Of a DNA stretch of 59,999 nucleotides, positions 39,276-48,296 are shown piece after piece; positions within the stretch are counted from its first letter, which is position 1; each line of letters starts with the position of its first letter. Position numbers and translations under genes: made by a program. The stretch covers positions 1 to 59,999 of the forward strand of contig CALQOD010000004.1 of the NCBI GenBank assembly GCA_943332105.1, written 5' to 3'. The notes below the pieces were generated by a model that was given only the letters and a program-made list of their open reading frames with translations, was not told where the DNA came from and ran no database searches. Source of the DNA: Chitinophaga pinensis. Its GTDB lineage: Bacteria; Bacteroidota; Bacteroidia; AKYH767-A; OLB10.

Positions 39276-39309
39276 AACCGGTGCTGGGCCAATCGCTTTC
39301 GCACCGGTT
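39276..39309 (-). other. Intercistronic stem-loop between atpE and atpF
   Basis: AACCGGTGC (39276-39284) / GCACCGGTT (39301-39309) perfect 9-bp inverted repeat with 16-nt loop. Confidence 0.7.
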
Positions 39310-39329
39310 CATTGATAACAACCTACAAA

Positions 39330-39614
<285 letters not shown>

Positions 39615-39628
39615 TTAAATAATGAATA

Positions 39629-40774
39629 TTAATGATGATTGTCGTGATGAGGCTCTTCAAGAGCAGCTCCAATATAAATTGATGATAATAATGTAAATAC
39701 ATATGCTTGAAGGAATGCCACTAATAACTCGAGGAATCCCATAAATACTGTAAAGACAATTGATAATGGGGACACTCCAAGTCCTCCACCAGTTCCATAA
39801 AGCGATTCTTGTCCGAAAATAAATATCAAACAGAAAAACGATAATGCGATAATATGTCCTGCTGCAATGTTGGCGAAGAGACGAATCATCAATACAAACG
39901 GACGAAGAAATACCCCTAAAATTTCAATTGGAGTTAATAAAACTAATACACCTTTGGGAACCCCTGGCATTGCAAATATATGTTGCCAGTAGTTTTTGTT
40001 ACCACTAATCGTAGTAATAATAAAAGTTAATGTTGCCAATACTAGAGCTACAGAAATATTGCCTGTAACATTGGCTCCTCCTGGGAAAATAGGAATTAAG
40101 CCTAGCATATTGTTAATCCATATAAAAAAGAATAGCGTCAATAAATAAGGAACATATTTCTCATACTTCTTCTCTCCTATTCCAGCTTTAATAACATCAT
40201 CACGCATAAATATTACTATAGCTTCAACAGCGTTTTGCAGTCCTGTTGGAGCCAGCCCTCTTCTTTTGTTTGTATACGCTCTGGCTACAGAGATAAAAAC
40301 CATCAACAATATAGCAATTGTAATAAAAATGCTCATTACATTTTTTGTGATAGAAATATCATAACTAGCCGCTGTTAATGAATGGTTCAAGGTAGTAATA
40401 TGCGCATCAACTTCTCCTGTTTCATTTACAGCCTCTATTTTACCTTTCTCATTTAAACGATACCCTGCATACGATTTATGTCCGTGGTCGAAACGAGCAG
40501 AAGAAAATACCACGACCCCTCTTTCAGGATTATATACAATAACTGGAAGCGGAATAGCTACATGACCCCATAAATGCCAATCATGACTATCCGCAATATG
40601 CTCCATAATCAGTTCTCCTGCGTTTAGCTTTTGGGCGCCTTTTATGTGTCCTTCCTTAGAATCAATAGATGCTGAAGAAGAAACATTTTCAAGCTCACCA
40701 GCAAAAGTGGTTGTGCCAAGAGAAATTGTTAAAAAACAAAATAAAGAGAGTTTTGCTAACTTGCTGATTTTCAT
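39629..40774 (-). CDS. atpB: ATP synthase F0 a with N-terminal extension
   Basis: IRLFANIAAGH, LQAYVF. ATG 40774 preferred because TTG 40810 lies inside the TACCTTTG promoter box. Confidence 0.95.
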   Translation of the reverse strand: MKISKLAKLSLFCFLTISLGTTTFAGELENVSSSASIDSKEGHIKGAQKLNAGELIMEHIADSHDWHLWGHVAIPLPVIVYNPERGVVVFSSARFDHGHKSYAGYRLNEKGKIEAVNETGEVDAHITTLNHSLTAASYDISITKNVMSIFITIAILLMVFISVARAYTNKRRGLAPTGLQNAVEAIVIFMRDDVIKAGIGEKKYEKYVPYLLTLFFFIWINNMLGLIPIFPGGANVTGNISVALVLATLTFIITTISGNKNYWQHIFAMPGVPKGVLVLLTPIEILGVFLRPFVLMIRLFANIAAGHIIALSFFCLIFIFGQESLYGTGGGLGVSPLSIVFTVFMGFLELLVAFLQAYVFTLLSSIYIGAALEEPHHDNHH

Positions 40775-40807
40775 TTTGATAAACGTTGGTTTTGCGTTTT
40801 CAGGGCA

Positions 40808-40815
40808 CAAAGGTA
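40808..40815 (-). promoter_or_regulatory. -7 box (TACCTTTG) of atpBEFHAG
   Basis: Exact TAnnTTTG; a divergent TAGGTTTG box at 40927-40934 (+) precedes the LutB-like gene. Confidence 0.65.
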
Positions 40816-40956
40816 ATGAAAATTAAATCAGAAACAACTTTTAATCTATCTGAAATTCTCTGTTGTCTGCATTTAATCATGATTTTATAATGAGGCCCTT
40901 AGAGTAAAATTTCAATAATAAATTATTAGGTTTGCGGTCGTCACGGCCTAATAAAA

Positions 40957-42255
40957 ATGAACCCCTCCAACGAACTGCATATTGTTAAGATGAAATACGA
41001 TGAGGCTTTTCAAAAAGCCTCATTACAATTCAATAACCTTGATCTTGCCAGGTCAAGGGCTGCTCATGCGCGTTGGAAATCGATTGAAAACCTTGACTCC
41101 TACTTAATTGAATTTGAGGCTAACTTTATTAAAAACGGGGGTAAAATAATTTGGGCTCAAGATAGTTTAGAGGCAATTGATGCGATAATTGAAATCAGTA
41201 AAAATGCTTCTGCCCAAACAATTTTAAAGTCTAAGTCCTCCACTGCTGAAGAAGTTCTTTTAAAAGAGAGGGTTAGGCTCGAAGGATTTGATATTATTGA
41301 AACAGACGCAGGTGATTATATTGCAGATAGCATGAACGAGCATTCGGGCCATATGGTTCTACCTGCAATTCATAAATCAATTGAAGAAATCAATACTCAT
41401 TTTGGACTAAACAATTTATCTCCCGAACAGCTAGTTGATGTTATCAGAAATCGCTTAAGAGAGCTATACCTTAGTGCAGAAATTGGTATTACAGGTTGCA
41501 ACTTTTTAATAGCCGACCCTGGAGCAATAGTCATTACTGAGAATGAAGGCAACGCACAATTATGCGCATCTATTCCTAAGACGCATATCGTTTTAACGGG
41601 TTTTGACAAAATACTTCCAAGTTTAAATTACCTTGACTTGTTTCTGCCGTTACTGAGCACCTATGGAACTGGGCAAAAACTAACCGCTTATAATAGCATT
41701 ATAACTGGCCCGCGTCAGGTGGATGATTTAGATGGCCCAGAGGAATTATATGTGATTATAATCGACAATGGGCGCAGCGATGTCCTAGGACACGAAGTCC
41801 AAAGGCAAGCGGCAACATGTATTAAGTGTGGTGCTTGTCAGTTTAACTGGCCTGTATACATGTCAGACCCTGATGGAGCTTATCCAAACCCTCTTTCTGC
41901 TGTAACTGATCCATTAAAAGATAATTTTGAAACGCAAGAAGAGGCCGTAAGAAACAGTTTATTAGATGGAAATCTAACGGATATTTGTCCTGTGAAAATT
42001 GACATTCAAAAAATGTTGATCGAGAACAGAAAAGAATCAGTTGAAAAAGGACTTGAGTCTAGAGCTAATAAGTTGTTTTATTTCTTTTGGAAAAAGGCTA
42101 TGCTTAACAGAGATATCATGAACTGGAAAGGTATAAAGGCGGGTAAATATATTATGGAGGGCCTTTATAAATCAGACCAGGATTTACGGGAAACACCAAC
42201 TATCGTTTCTCAATCATTTAATGAACAATGGAGGGAAAAACTTAATATTAAATAA
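40957..42255 (+). CDS. Divergent LutB/LldF-like (LUD domain) iron-sulfur protein
   Basis: KSKS, ETDAGDYI, H.V.PAIH, GITGCNF, ENEGN, TGQKL, DGPEELY.IIIDNGRS; altered ferredoxin motifs CIKCGACQFNWP and SLLDGNLTDICP. Confidence 0.85.
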   Translation: MNPSNELHIVKMKYDEAFQKASLQFNNLDLARSRAAHARWKSIENLDSYLIEFEANFIKNGGKIIWAQDSLEAIDAIIEISKNASAQTILKSKSSTAEEVLLKERVRLEGFDIIETDAGDYIADSMNEHSGHMVLPAIHKSIEEINTHFGLNNLSPEQLVDVIRNRLRELYLSAEIGITGCNFLIADPGAIVITENEGNAQLCASIPKTHIVLTGFDKILPSLNYLDLFLPLLSTYGTGQKLTAYNSIITGPRQVDDLDGPEELYVIIIDNGRSDVLGHEVQRQAATCIKCGACQFNWPVYMSDPDGAYPNPLSAVTDPLKDNFETQEEAVRNSLLDGNLTDICPVKIDIQKMLIENRKESVEKGLESRANKLFYFFWKKAMLNRDIMNWKGIKAGKYIMEGLYKSDQDLRETPTIVSQSFNEQWREKLNIK

Positions 42256-42262
42256 CTGGGTC

Positions 42263-43114
42263 TTGGATATTAATATTATATATCATGCGCAGAAAATGCA
42301 TGATTTAACATCGCAACTAAAAAAAGATGGGCGCTCGATAGGGTTTGTTCCAACAATGGGGGCGTTGCACGCTGGTCATGTTTCATTAATTGAAAAGGCT
42401 AAAGCAGAAAACGACATTGTTGTTTGTAGCATATTCGTTAATCCAACGCAATTTAATGATCCTAAAGACCTTGAGAATTATCCAAGAATGCCAGAGATGG
42501 ATATCGCACTTTTAAAATCAGCGGGAGCCGATATTGTTTTTCTGCCAACCCCCTCTGAGATTTACCCTAACGGGCCACAATTATTGGCTATTTCTTTAGG
42601 CTTCATGGAAGAAATTATGGAGGGCGCTTTTCGACCAGGGCATTTTAGAGGTGTGGCCACAGTAGTTAACCGACTTTTTGAAATTGTTCAGCCTTCTAAT
42701 TCATATTTTGGAGAAAAAGACTTTCAGCAGTTGGCCATCATAAGAAAAATGGTGGTTCTGCTTAATCACACAACAACCATTATCGGTTGTCCTACTTTAA
42801 GAGAATCGGACGGGCTTGCCATGAGTTCTAGAAACATGCTTCTCACTACAGAACAGCGTAAAGCCGCTCCTTTGATATACAAAGCCATGGAGATGGCGAA
42901 AGAATTTATTCCGCATCATAGTCCTGCCGCCGTAATAGCACTAGTAAAAAGATACATTCAAAAAAGCCCTTATTTAAGTGTTCAGTACTTTGAGCTGGTT
43001 AATCCGTACACGTTGGAAGATATAAGCAATTGGGAAGAGGGCCAACCGGTACAAGGATGTATTGCTGTATTAACTGAAGGCCCTCGTTTAATTGATAATA
43101 CTAGATATGAATAA
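42263..43114 (+). CDS. panC: Pantoate--beta-alanine ligase
   Basis: VPTMGALHAGH, FVNPTQF, FGEKDFQQ, GLAMSSRN, RLIDN. Start uncertain; TTG 42263 avoids the overlap created by ATG 42221. Confidence 0.95.
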   Translation: MDINIIYHAQKMHDLTSQLKKDGRSIGFVPTMGALHAGHVSLIEKAKAENDIVVCSIFVNPTQFNDPKDLENYPRMPEMDIALLKSAGADIVFLPTPSEIYPNGPQLLAISLGFMEEIMEGAFRPGHFRGVATVVNRLFEIVQPSNSYFGEKDFQQLAIIRKMVVLLNHTTTIIGCPTLRESDGLAMSSRNMLLTTEQRKAAPLIYKAMEMAKEFIPHHSPAAVIALVKRYIQKSPYLSVQYFELVNPYTLEDISNWEEGQPVQGCIAVLTEGPRLIDNTRYE

Positions 43115-43160
43115 TTATTTTTTTATCTGATAACTTGGATTATTTACCTTTGCACCCGTT

Positions 43161-43514
43161 ATGACAATACAAATACTGAAGTCGAAAATTCACAGAGCGA
43201 AGATTACGCAAGCAGAATTACATTATGTTGGTAGCATTACCCTTGATGAGGACTTAATGGATGCCGCCAACCTTATTGAAGGAGAAAAGGTTCATGTTTT
43301 AAACATTAATAATGGTGAACGACTTGAAACTTATGTCATTAAAGGACAGCGTGGTGCTGGACAGGTTTGTATTAATGGGCCTGCCGCCAGAAAAATGCAA
43401 GTAGGAGATATTGTTATTGTAATTAGTTATGCGGGGATGGATTTTGAAGAAGCAAAGTCTTTTAAGCCAACACTTTGTTTTCCTGACACCAACAACCGTC
43501 CAACAAATTCTTAA
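43161..43514 (+). CDS. panD: Aspartate 1-decarboxylase
   Basis: KSKIHRA, YVG/SIT cleavage site, NGPAAR; TACCTTTG box at 43145-43152. Confidence 0.96.
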   Translation: MTIQILKSKIHRAKITQAELHYVGSITLDEDLMDAANLIEGEKVHVLNINNGERLETYVIKGQRGAGQVCINGPAARKMQVGDIVIVISYAGMDFEEAKSFKPTLCFPDTNNRPTNS

Positions 43515-43517
43515 AAA

Positions 43518-44525
43518 TTGAAACGCATTACCTCCATATTAAAAACCCTTTTATTTTTAATAATTGGTGGAGGATTATTGTGGCTTACTTTTAAAAACCA
43601 AAACATGTCTGCGGTTTTACAAAGAATTCGCAGTGCAAATTTTTATTGGATAGCATTATCGATTGTAGTTTCTATAGCTGCCTTGATAAGCAGAGCGATG
43701 CGATGGAAACAGTTAATAGAGCCGCTAGGTTATAAGCCTCGCCTTTCTTCTGCTTTTAATGCTTTAATGTTTGGATACGCTGCTAATATGGTTTTTCCTA
43801 GATTGGGGGAGGTAAGCCGTTGCGGGGCATTAAGCAAATCAGATGATATTCCTTTTGAAAAACTAATTGGAACCGTCATTATTGAAAGAGCAAGCGACGT
43901 AATCATGCTGCTCTTTTGTATTTTATTATCTGCGATATTTGAATTTGACCGACTTGGTGGGTTTTTAGGTGAGCATATTTTTACTCCAATAAAAACTATT
44001 GTTGGCAGCTCTTTTATTTTAGGAGTTATATTAATCGGCCTGGCTGTGCTTTTTTATTTTGTATATCGATTTATAATAAAAAAATACAATCACCATCCAT
44101 TAGTAAATAAATTCCGTGTCATTTTAAAAGGAATTGTTGTTGGTCTAATCTCTGTTACCAAACTAAAAAATAAAGGGCTTTTTGTTTTCCATTCTCTATT
44201 TATTTGGACAATGTATTTCCTTATGACTTACATATGCTTTTTTGCTTTACCAGAAATAAGCGCACTTTCGCCAATGGCGGGATTATTTATTATGGTGATT
44301 GGGGCGATTGGTATGACAGCTCCGGTTCAAGGTGGCATTGGTGTTTACCATTTGTTAGTTTCAGAGGGGATTGTTTTATACGGACTTACTGCAGATGATG
44401 GGATTACTTTCGCCACAATGGTGCACGCAGCACAAACGCTGCTTTTAGTTGTTTTAGGTGGCTTATCAATGATTTATTTGTTTTTCTTTACTCAACCTCT
44501 TTCAAGTTCTAATAATGAATCATAG
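43518..44525 (+). CDS. Lysylphosphatidylglycerol-synthase-TM (UPF0104, flippase-like) membrane protein
   Basis: RAMRW, PRLGEVSR, GTVIIER, PVQGGIG; TTG start. Confidence 0.85.
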   Translation: MKRITSILKTLLFLIIGGGLLWLTFKNQNMSAVLQRIRSANFYWIALSIVVSIAALISRAMRWKQLIEPLGYKPRLSSAFNALMFGYAANMVFPRLGEVSRCGALSKSDDIPFEKLIGTVIIERASDVIMLLFCILLSAIFEFDRLGGFLGEHIFTPIKTIVGSSFILGVILIGLAVLFYFVYRFIIKKYNHHPLVNKFRVILKGIVVGLISVTKLKNKGLFVFHSLFIWTMYFLMTYICFFALPEISALSPMAGLFIMVIGAIGMTAPVQGGIGVYHLLVSEGIVLYGLTADDGITFATMVHAAQTLLLVVLGGLSMIYLFFFTQPLSSSNNES

Positions 44526-45006
44526 TCAAAATCTAAAAAATAAGGTCTTTACCCGTGACTCTTTGATAAAAAAAGTTGAAGATTGGCGTAAGGAAAAATG
44601 TAAGATTGTGTTTACAAATGGCTGTTTTGATCTGCTTCATTTGGGTCATGTGGATTATTTAGCCAAGGCCGCTGACCTTGGCGACTACCTAGTAATTGGT
44701 GTAAATACTGATGTATCAGTAAGCAGTTTGAAGGGGCCTTCAAGGCCAGTTACCGATGAAATTTCAAGAACAACTGTATTAGCTGCATTAGAAAGTGTAA
44801 GCGCAGTTGTGCTTTTTGACGAAGAAACGCCCTATGAACTGATTAATGTTTTACAACCAGATGTATTGGTGAAAGGTGCCGACTATCAAATTGACCAGAT
44901 AGTAGGGGGTGAACTTGTTTTGAGTCGTGGAGGAGAGATTAAAATCATTGCCTTTGTGGAAGGATATTCTACATCAGCAATTGAGAAAAAGATTAAAGGA
45001 CAATAA
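44515..45006 (+). CDS. rfaE2: D-glycero-beta-D-manno-heptose 1-phosphate adenylyltransferase-like cytidylyltransferase-family protein
   Basis: FTNGCFDLLHLGH, LKGPSRP, PDVLVKGADY, GYSTS. Confidence 0.88.
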   Translation: MNHSQNLKNKVFTRDSLIKKVEDWRKEKCKIVFTNGCFDLLHLGHVDYLAKAADLGDYLVIGVNTDVSVSSLKGPSRPVTDEISRTTVLAALESVSAVVLFDEETPYELINVLQPDVLVKGADYQIDQIVGGELVLSRGGEIKIIAFVEGYSTSAIEKKIKGQ

Positions 45007-45089
45007 TTTTAAAAATGTAATGTTTTGCTATTTTTAATCGCACCTTTATAATCGACAGCGTATATATGTCAAACAAAAAATAAACAGGT

Positions 45090-45521
45090 ATGAAAAATCT
45101 ACTCTTCTTGGCTTTCAGTTTTATGTTAATTACTGTTGCCGGCTGTGAAAACAACGATTTATTGCTTTCAGAAAAAAAGCTGAATAGTAACATTCAAAAC
45201 AATTGGAAGTTGCTTTCTGCAAGTACAACTGTTGATTATAATGAAATTTGGTCGTTCCGTGATGGCAATATTGTAATTGTAAGCAAAGACGAAGCAGGTA
45301 TTGAACACGCTGTTACAGGGCACTATAAAATTAATACAAAAATCAATAATGCTTTTATAACCTTAAGTGGCTTTACTTATCCAAATCAAATAGCTTCTCA
45401 TTGGAAGTCTGAAGAGCTAAACAGAAAATGGACAATTGTTCAACTTGATAATGGTGTAATGTATATATCAGGAACAGATGATAATAATGTCCTTCGTTCG
45501 ATTGAATTCGCACAACATTAA
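45090..45521 (+). CDS. Hypothetical lipoprotein (possibly lipocalin-like)
   Basis: Lipobox VAGC; I.NNWKL.S strand and beta-rich body. Confidence 0.65.
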   Translation: MKNLLFLAFSFMLITVAGCENNDLLLSEKKLNSNIQNNWKLLSASTTVDYNEIWSFRDGNIVIVSKDEAGIEHAVTGHYKINTKINNAFITLSGFTYPNQIASHWKSEELNRKWTIVQLDNGVMYISGTDDNNVLRSIEFAQH

Positions 45522-45543
45522 TATTATTTGCAATTAATAATTG

Positions 45544-45569
45544 GGGCGGATTAATACCGCCCTTTTTTT
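45544..45569 (+). terminator. Intrinsic terminator
   Basis: GGGCGG-attaata-CCGCCC followed by a T tract. Confidence 0.75.
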
Positions 45570-47724
45570 ATTTCACAATGTCCATCTCTTTGATTAATCT
45601 TTTGGCTTCACCGTATTTATCGATCACAAATAAAGTATATCGAATATCCAGGGTAATATTTCTACAAATTTCCGGATTAAATAAAATATCACTCATCGTG
45701 CCTTCCCATACACGATCGAAATTAGTTCCTATCAATTGACCATAAGCATTTAAAACGGGGCTTCCTGAATTACCTCCTGTGGTGTGATTTGTTGCTATGA
45801 ATGCTACGGGTACAGTTCCATTAAAAGCATAAGGTCCAAAATCTTTTCGCTGATATAAATCCAACAGCTTTGGCGCCACATCAAATTCTTCACTCCCCTT
45901 AATATATTTCTCCATAATTCCATCGAGTGTGGTGTAGTAATTATATTTTACTCCATCACGAGGGAAATAACTTTTAACATTTCCATAAGCCACACGAAGA
46001 GTGCTATTTGCGTCCGGATAATATTTCTTGCTTGAATTCATTTCACGCTGTGCAGCCATATACAAACGATTTAGCCTTCCTAACTCTAACGACATACCGT
46101 TAACCTTTATAGCTATTACAGACTTATAATAAGAAGCAATAGGGCCCATCAGTTTATAAGCTGGATCATTCATTATTTTTTTTGACATTCCCGGTTTATA
46201 GGACTTTAAAAATTTATTTATAGTAACAGAATCGCTAAAAATTGTTTTTGAATAAACATCATCAGACCATTTTGCAAAGTCGCCGTGATATTTTTTACGC
46301 TGCTCTACAAAATACATCGGCTTGAGACTATCAGGAACGTTCTTATCAAACATTAACAACAACGATTGAAAAAATTGTTTGTCGGTTGCCATATTATAAT
46401 CACGATAAAAATCACCTATCGTGTTAAACAGTTTATTCTTCTCCGTTTCAAGTTTGTTATTATCAATTTGCTTTGCAGCAGATAAATCAACAAGGCTTTG
46501 AAAATTTAATGAATAGGTTAAAAGCTCAACACCATAAGCAGCTTCCGAGTAATAATTATTTGCAGATATGTAAGGACGATTTGAAGAATAAAGTGTTTTA
46601 AGTGAAGGCAGCACTTGTCCATATTTTTGTTTTTGCAGTGGGCTACTATTTAACCAACTATTAAATTCTACTTCAAACAATTCTTTTTTCTCTAATCCTT
46701 TAGATTCGGTTAGTCCTTTAGATTCTCCTTGCCATTTTTTCCATCCGTTACTTACGCTACTTTGCTTTGCTGCATACTGAATATGCAATTGCTCACTACT
46801 TCGCATTGCATTATCCATAATACGTAATTTTTCTGTTCTTACCTTTATTCTTTCAGGGTTGGTTGTTCTTAAAATCATTTCTTCTGCGTAGGATGAAATA
46901 TACTCTTGTGTTCTTCCTGGAAATCCATATACCATAGTGAAATCTCCCTCGTTAATTCCGCCGATATTAATTGTTAAAGCGGCGCGCGGAACAAACGGAA
47001 CATTTTCTTCATTATAGTCTGCTGGTTTGTTTTCTTTATTGGCGTATATGCGAAACAGTGAGAAATCTCCTGTATGTCGCGGCCACATCCAATTATCTGT
47101 ATCTCCACCAAATTTTCCTATTGATGAAGGAGGTGCGCCCACCATTCTAACATCTTTGAATGTTTCTGTTATGATTAGATAAAATTCGTTGCCAGAAAAA
47201 AACTGACGAACCTTTGCTTCGTAATGTGTTCCTTCAACCGCTTTCTTTTCTATTTGCGCTGCAAGCTCTTTAGTTTTTTCATTTCGAGCTTGCTCTGTCA
47301 TTCCGTCTTTTAGCACTTCATTAAACTGAGCTGTAACATCGTTAATACTAATAATAAATGAAACCGAAAGTCCAGGACAAGGAAGTTCGTCTTTAATAGA
47401 TTGTGCCCAAAATCCCTCTTTTAAATAATTATGCTCTAAAGTAGAATGCGATTGTATTTCTCCAAAACCACAATGATGATTTGTAAGCAACAATCCTTGC
47501 TTCGAAATAATTTCACCTGTACATCCTCCTCCAAACAATACAATTGCATCCTTCAAACTGCTTTTATTTACGCTATATATGTCTGCTGCTGTTATTTTCA
47601 ATCCTCGCAGTTGCATATCAGCAATGTTTAGTTGTTGTAAAAGCTGCGGAAACCACATACCCTCATCGGCCCGAGAGTAGGAAGAGCAAAACAGAAGAGA
47701 AATTACCAGTAATATTTTTTTCAT
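45568..47724 (-). CDS. S46 dipeptidyl peptidase, DPP11-like
   Basis: ADEGMW, TNHHC, WPRHTGDF, TTGGNSGSP, FDRVWEG. Confidence 0.92.
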   Translation of the reverse strand: MKKILLVISLLFCSSYSRADEGMWFPQLLQQLNIADMQLRGLKITAADIYSVNKSSLKDAIVLFGGGCTGEIISKQGLLLTNHHCGFGEIQSHSTLEHNYLKEGFWAQSIKDELPCPGLSVSFIISINDVTAQFNEVLKDGMTEQARNEKTKELAAQIEKKAVEGTHYEAKVRQFFSGNEFYLIITETFKDVRMVGAPPSSIGKFGGDTDNWMWPRHTGDFSLFRIYANKENKPADYNEENVPFVPRAALTINIGGINEGDFTMVYGFPGRTQEYISSYAEEMILRTTNPERIKVRTEKLRIMDNAMRSSEQLHIQYAAKQSSVSNGWKKWQGESKGLTESKGLEKKELFEVEFNSWLNSSPLQKQKYGQVLPSLKTLYSSNRPYISANNYYSEAAYGVELLTYSLNFQSLVDLSAAKQIDNNKLETEKNKLFNTIGDFYRDYNMATDKQFFQSLLLMFDKNVPDSLKPMYFVEQRKKYHGDFAKWSDDVYSKTIFSDSVTINKFLKSYKPGMSKKIMNDPAYKLMGPIASYYKSVIAIKVNGMSLELGRLNRLYMAAQREMNSSKKYYPDANSTLRVAYGNVKSYFPRDGVKYNYYTTLDGIMEKYIKGSEEFDVAPKLLDLYQRKDFGPYAFNGTVPVAFIATNHTTGGNSGSPVLNAYGQLIGTNFDRVWEGTMSDILFNPEICRNITLDIRYTLFVIDKYGEAKRLIKEMDIVK

Positions 47725-47765
47725 TTATGTCTTTTTTGCAAATATATTTTATCATTCTTATAAAT

Positions 47766-47789
47766 AAAAAATCCCGCCTAAGCGGGATT
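47766..47789 (-). terminator. Intrinsic terminator after the DUF3127 gene
   Basis: Minus strand AATCCCGC-TTAG-GCGGGATTTTTT. Confidence 0.8.
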
Positions 47790-47809
47790 CGTTACTATGC
47801 TTTTTTTAA

Positions 47810-48202
47810 TTAAAACGGTAAGTCATCAGAACCTGTTTGAGCTAATCCTTCCATTGTATTAGCGGTTGCTTCTTCTTCAAAAGATTGCCCTGAAGTAGCC
47901 GATTGCATTGGTGCAGATGCGCCAGCAGACATTGATGTTATTCCAAAAGCTCTTATATCGCTGTACCATTTTCCATTATACTCTCTTGATTCAACACGAA
48001 AATTTACTTTGATTGTTGAACCTACCACAATTGGTTTTAGTTGACTAATTAGTTGTTCGTTGAAAGCAGTGAAAGCAATCTTTTTAGGATATTGATCCAT
48101 TGTTTCACCGATAAATGTTTGCTTTACCCAACGACCATTTTTTCCTTCGCCAGATTGTTCTGATTGCACTTCCATTAATTTGCAATTTACTTCGTAACTC
48201 AT
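47810..48202 (-). CDS. DUF3127 protein (OB-fold, SSB-like acidic tail)
   Basis: W.KQ.F..ET..QYPKKI, ESREYNGKWY, terminal DDLPF; TATCTTTG box at 48232-48239. Confidence 0.88.
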   Translation of the reverse strand: MSYEVNCKLMEVQSEQSGEGKNGRWVKQTFIGETMDQYPKKIAFTAFNEQLISQLKPIVVGSTIKVNFRVESREYNGKWYSDIRAFGITSMSAGASAPMQSATSGQSFEEEATANTMEGLAQTGSDDLPF

Positions 48203-48240
48203 AGTTATATTGATTTTAATTATTTTCTAATCAAAGATAC

Positions 48241-48271
48241 AAAAAGGCTCGGTAATTTTATTCACCAAGCC
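48241..48271 (-). terminator. Intrinsic terminator after htpG
   Basis: Minus strand GGCTTGGT...ACCGAGCC-TTTTT (one G-U pair). Confidence 0.65.
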
Positions 48272-48296
48272 CGATTTGTGAATAAATTTTAACTTC

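Noticed and set aside
40957-42255. LutB-like gene as a pseudogene
   Set aside because: The frame is intact for 432 codons with a promoter box, and the cysteine losses are structurally coherent.
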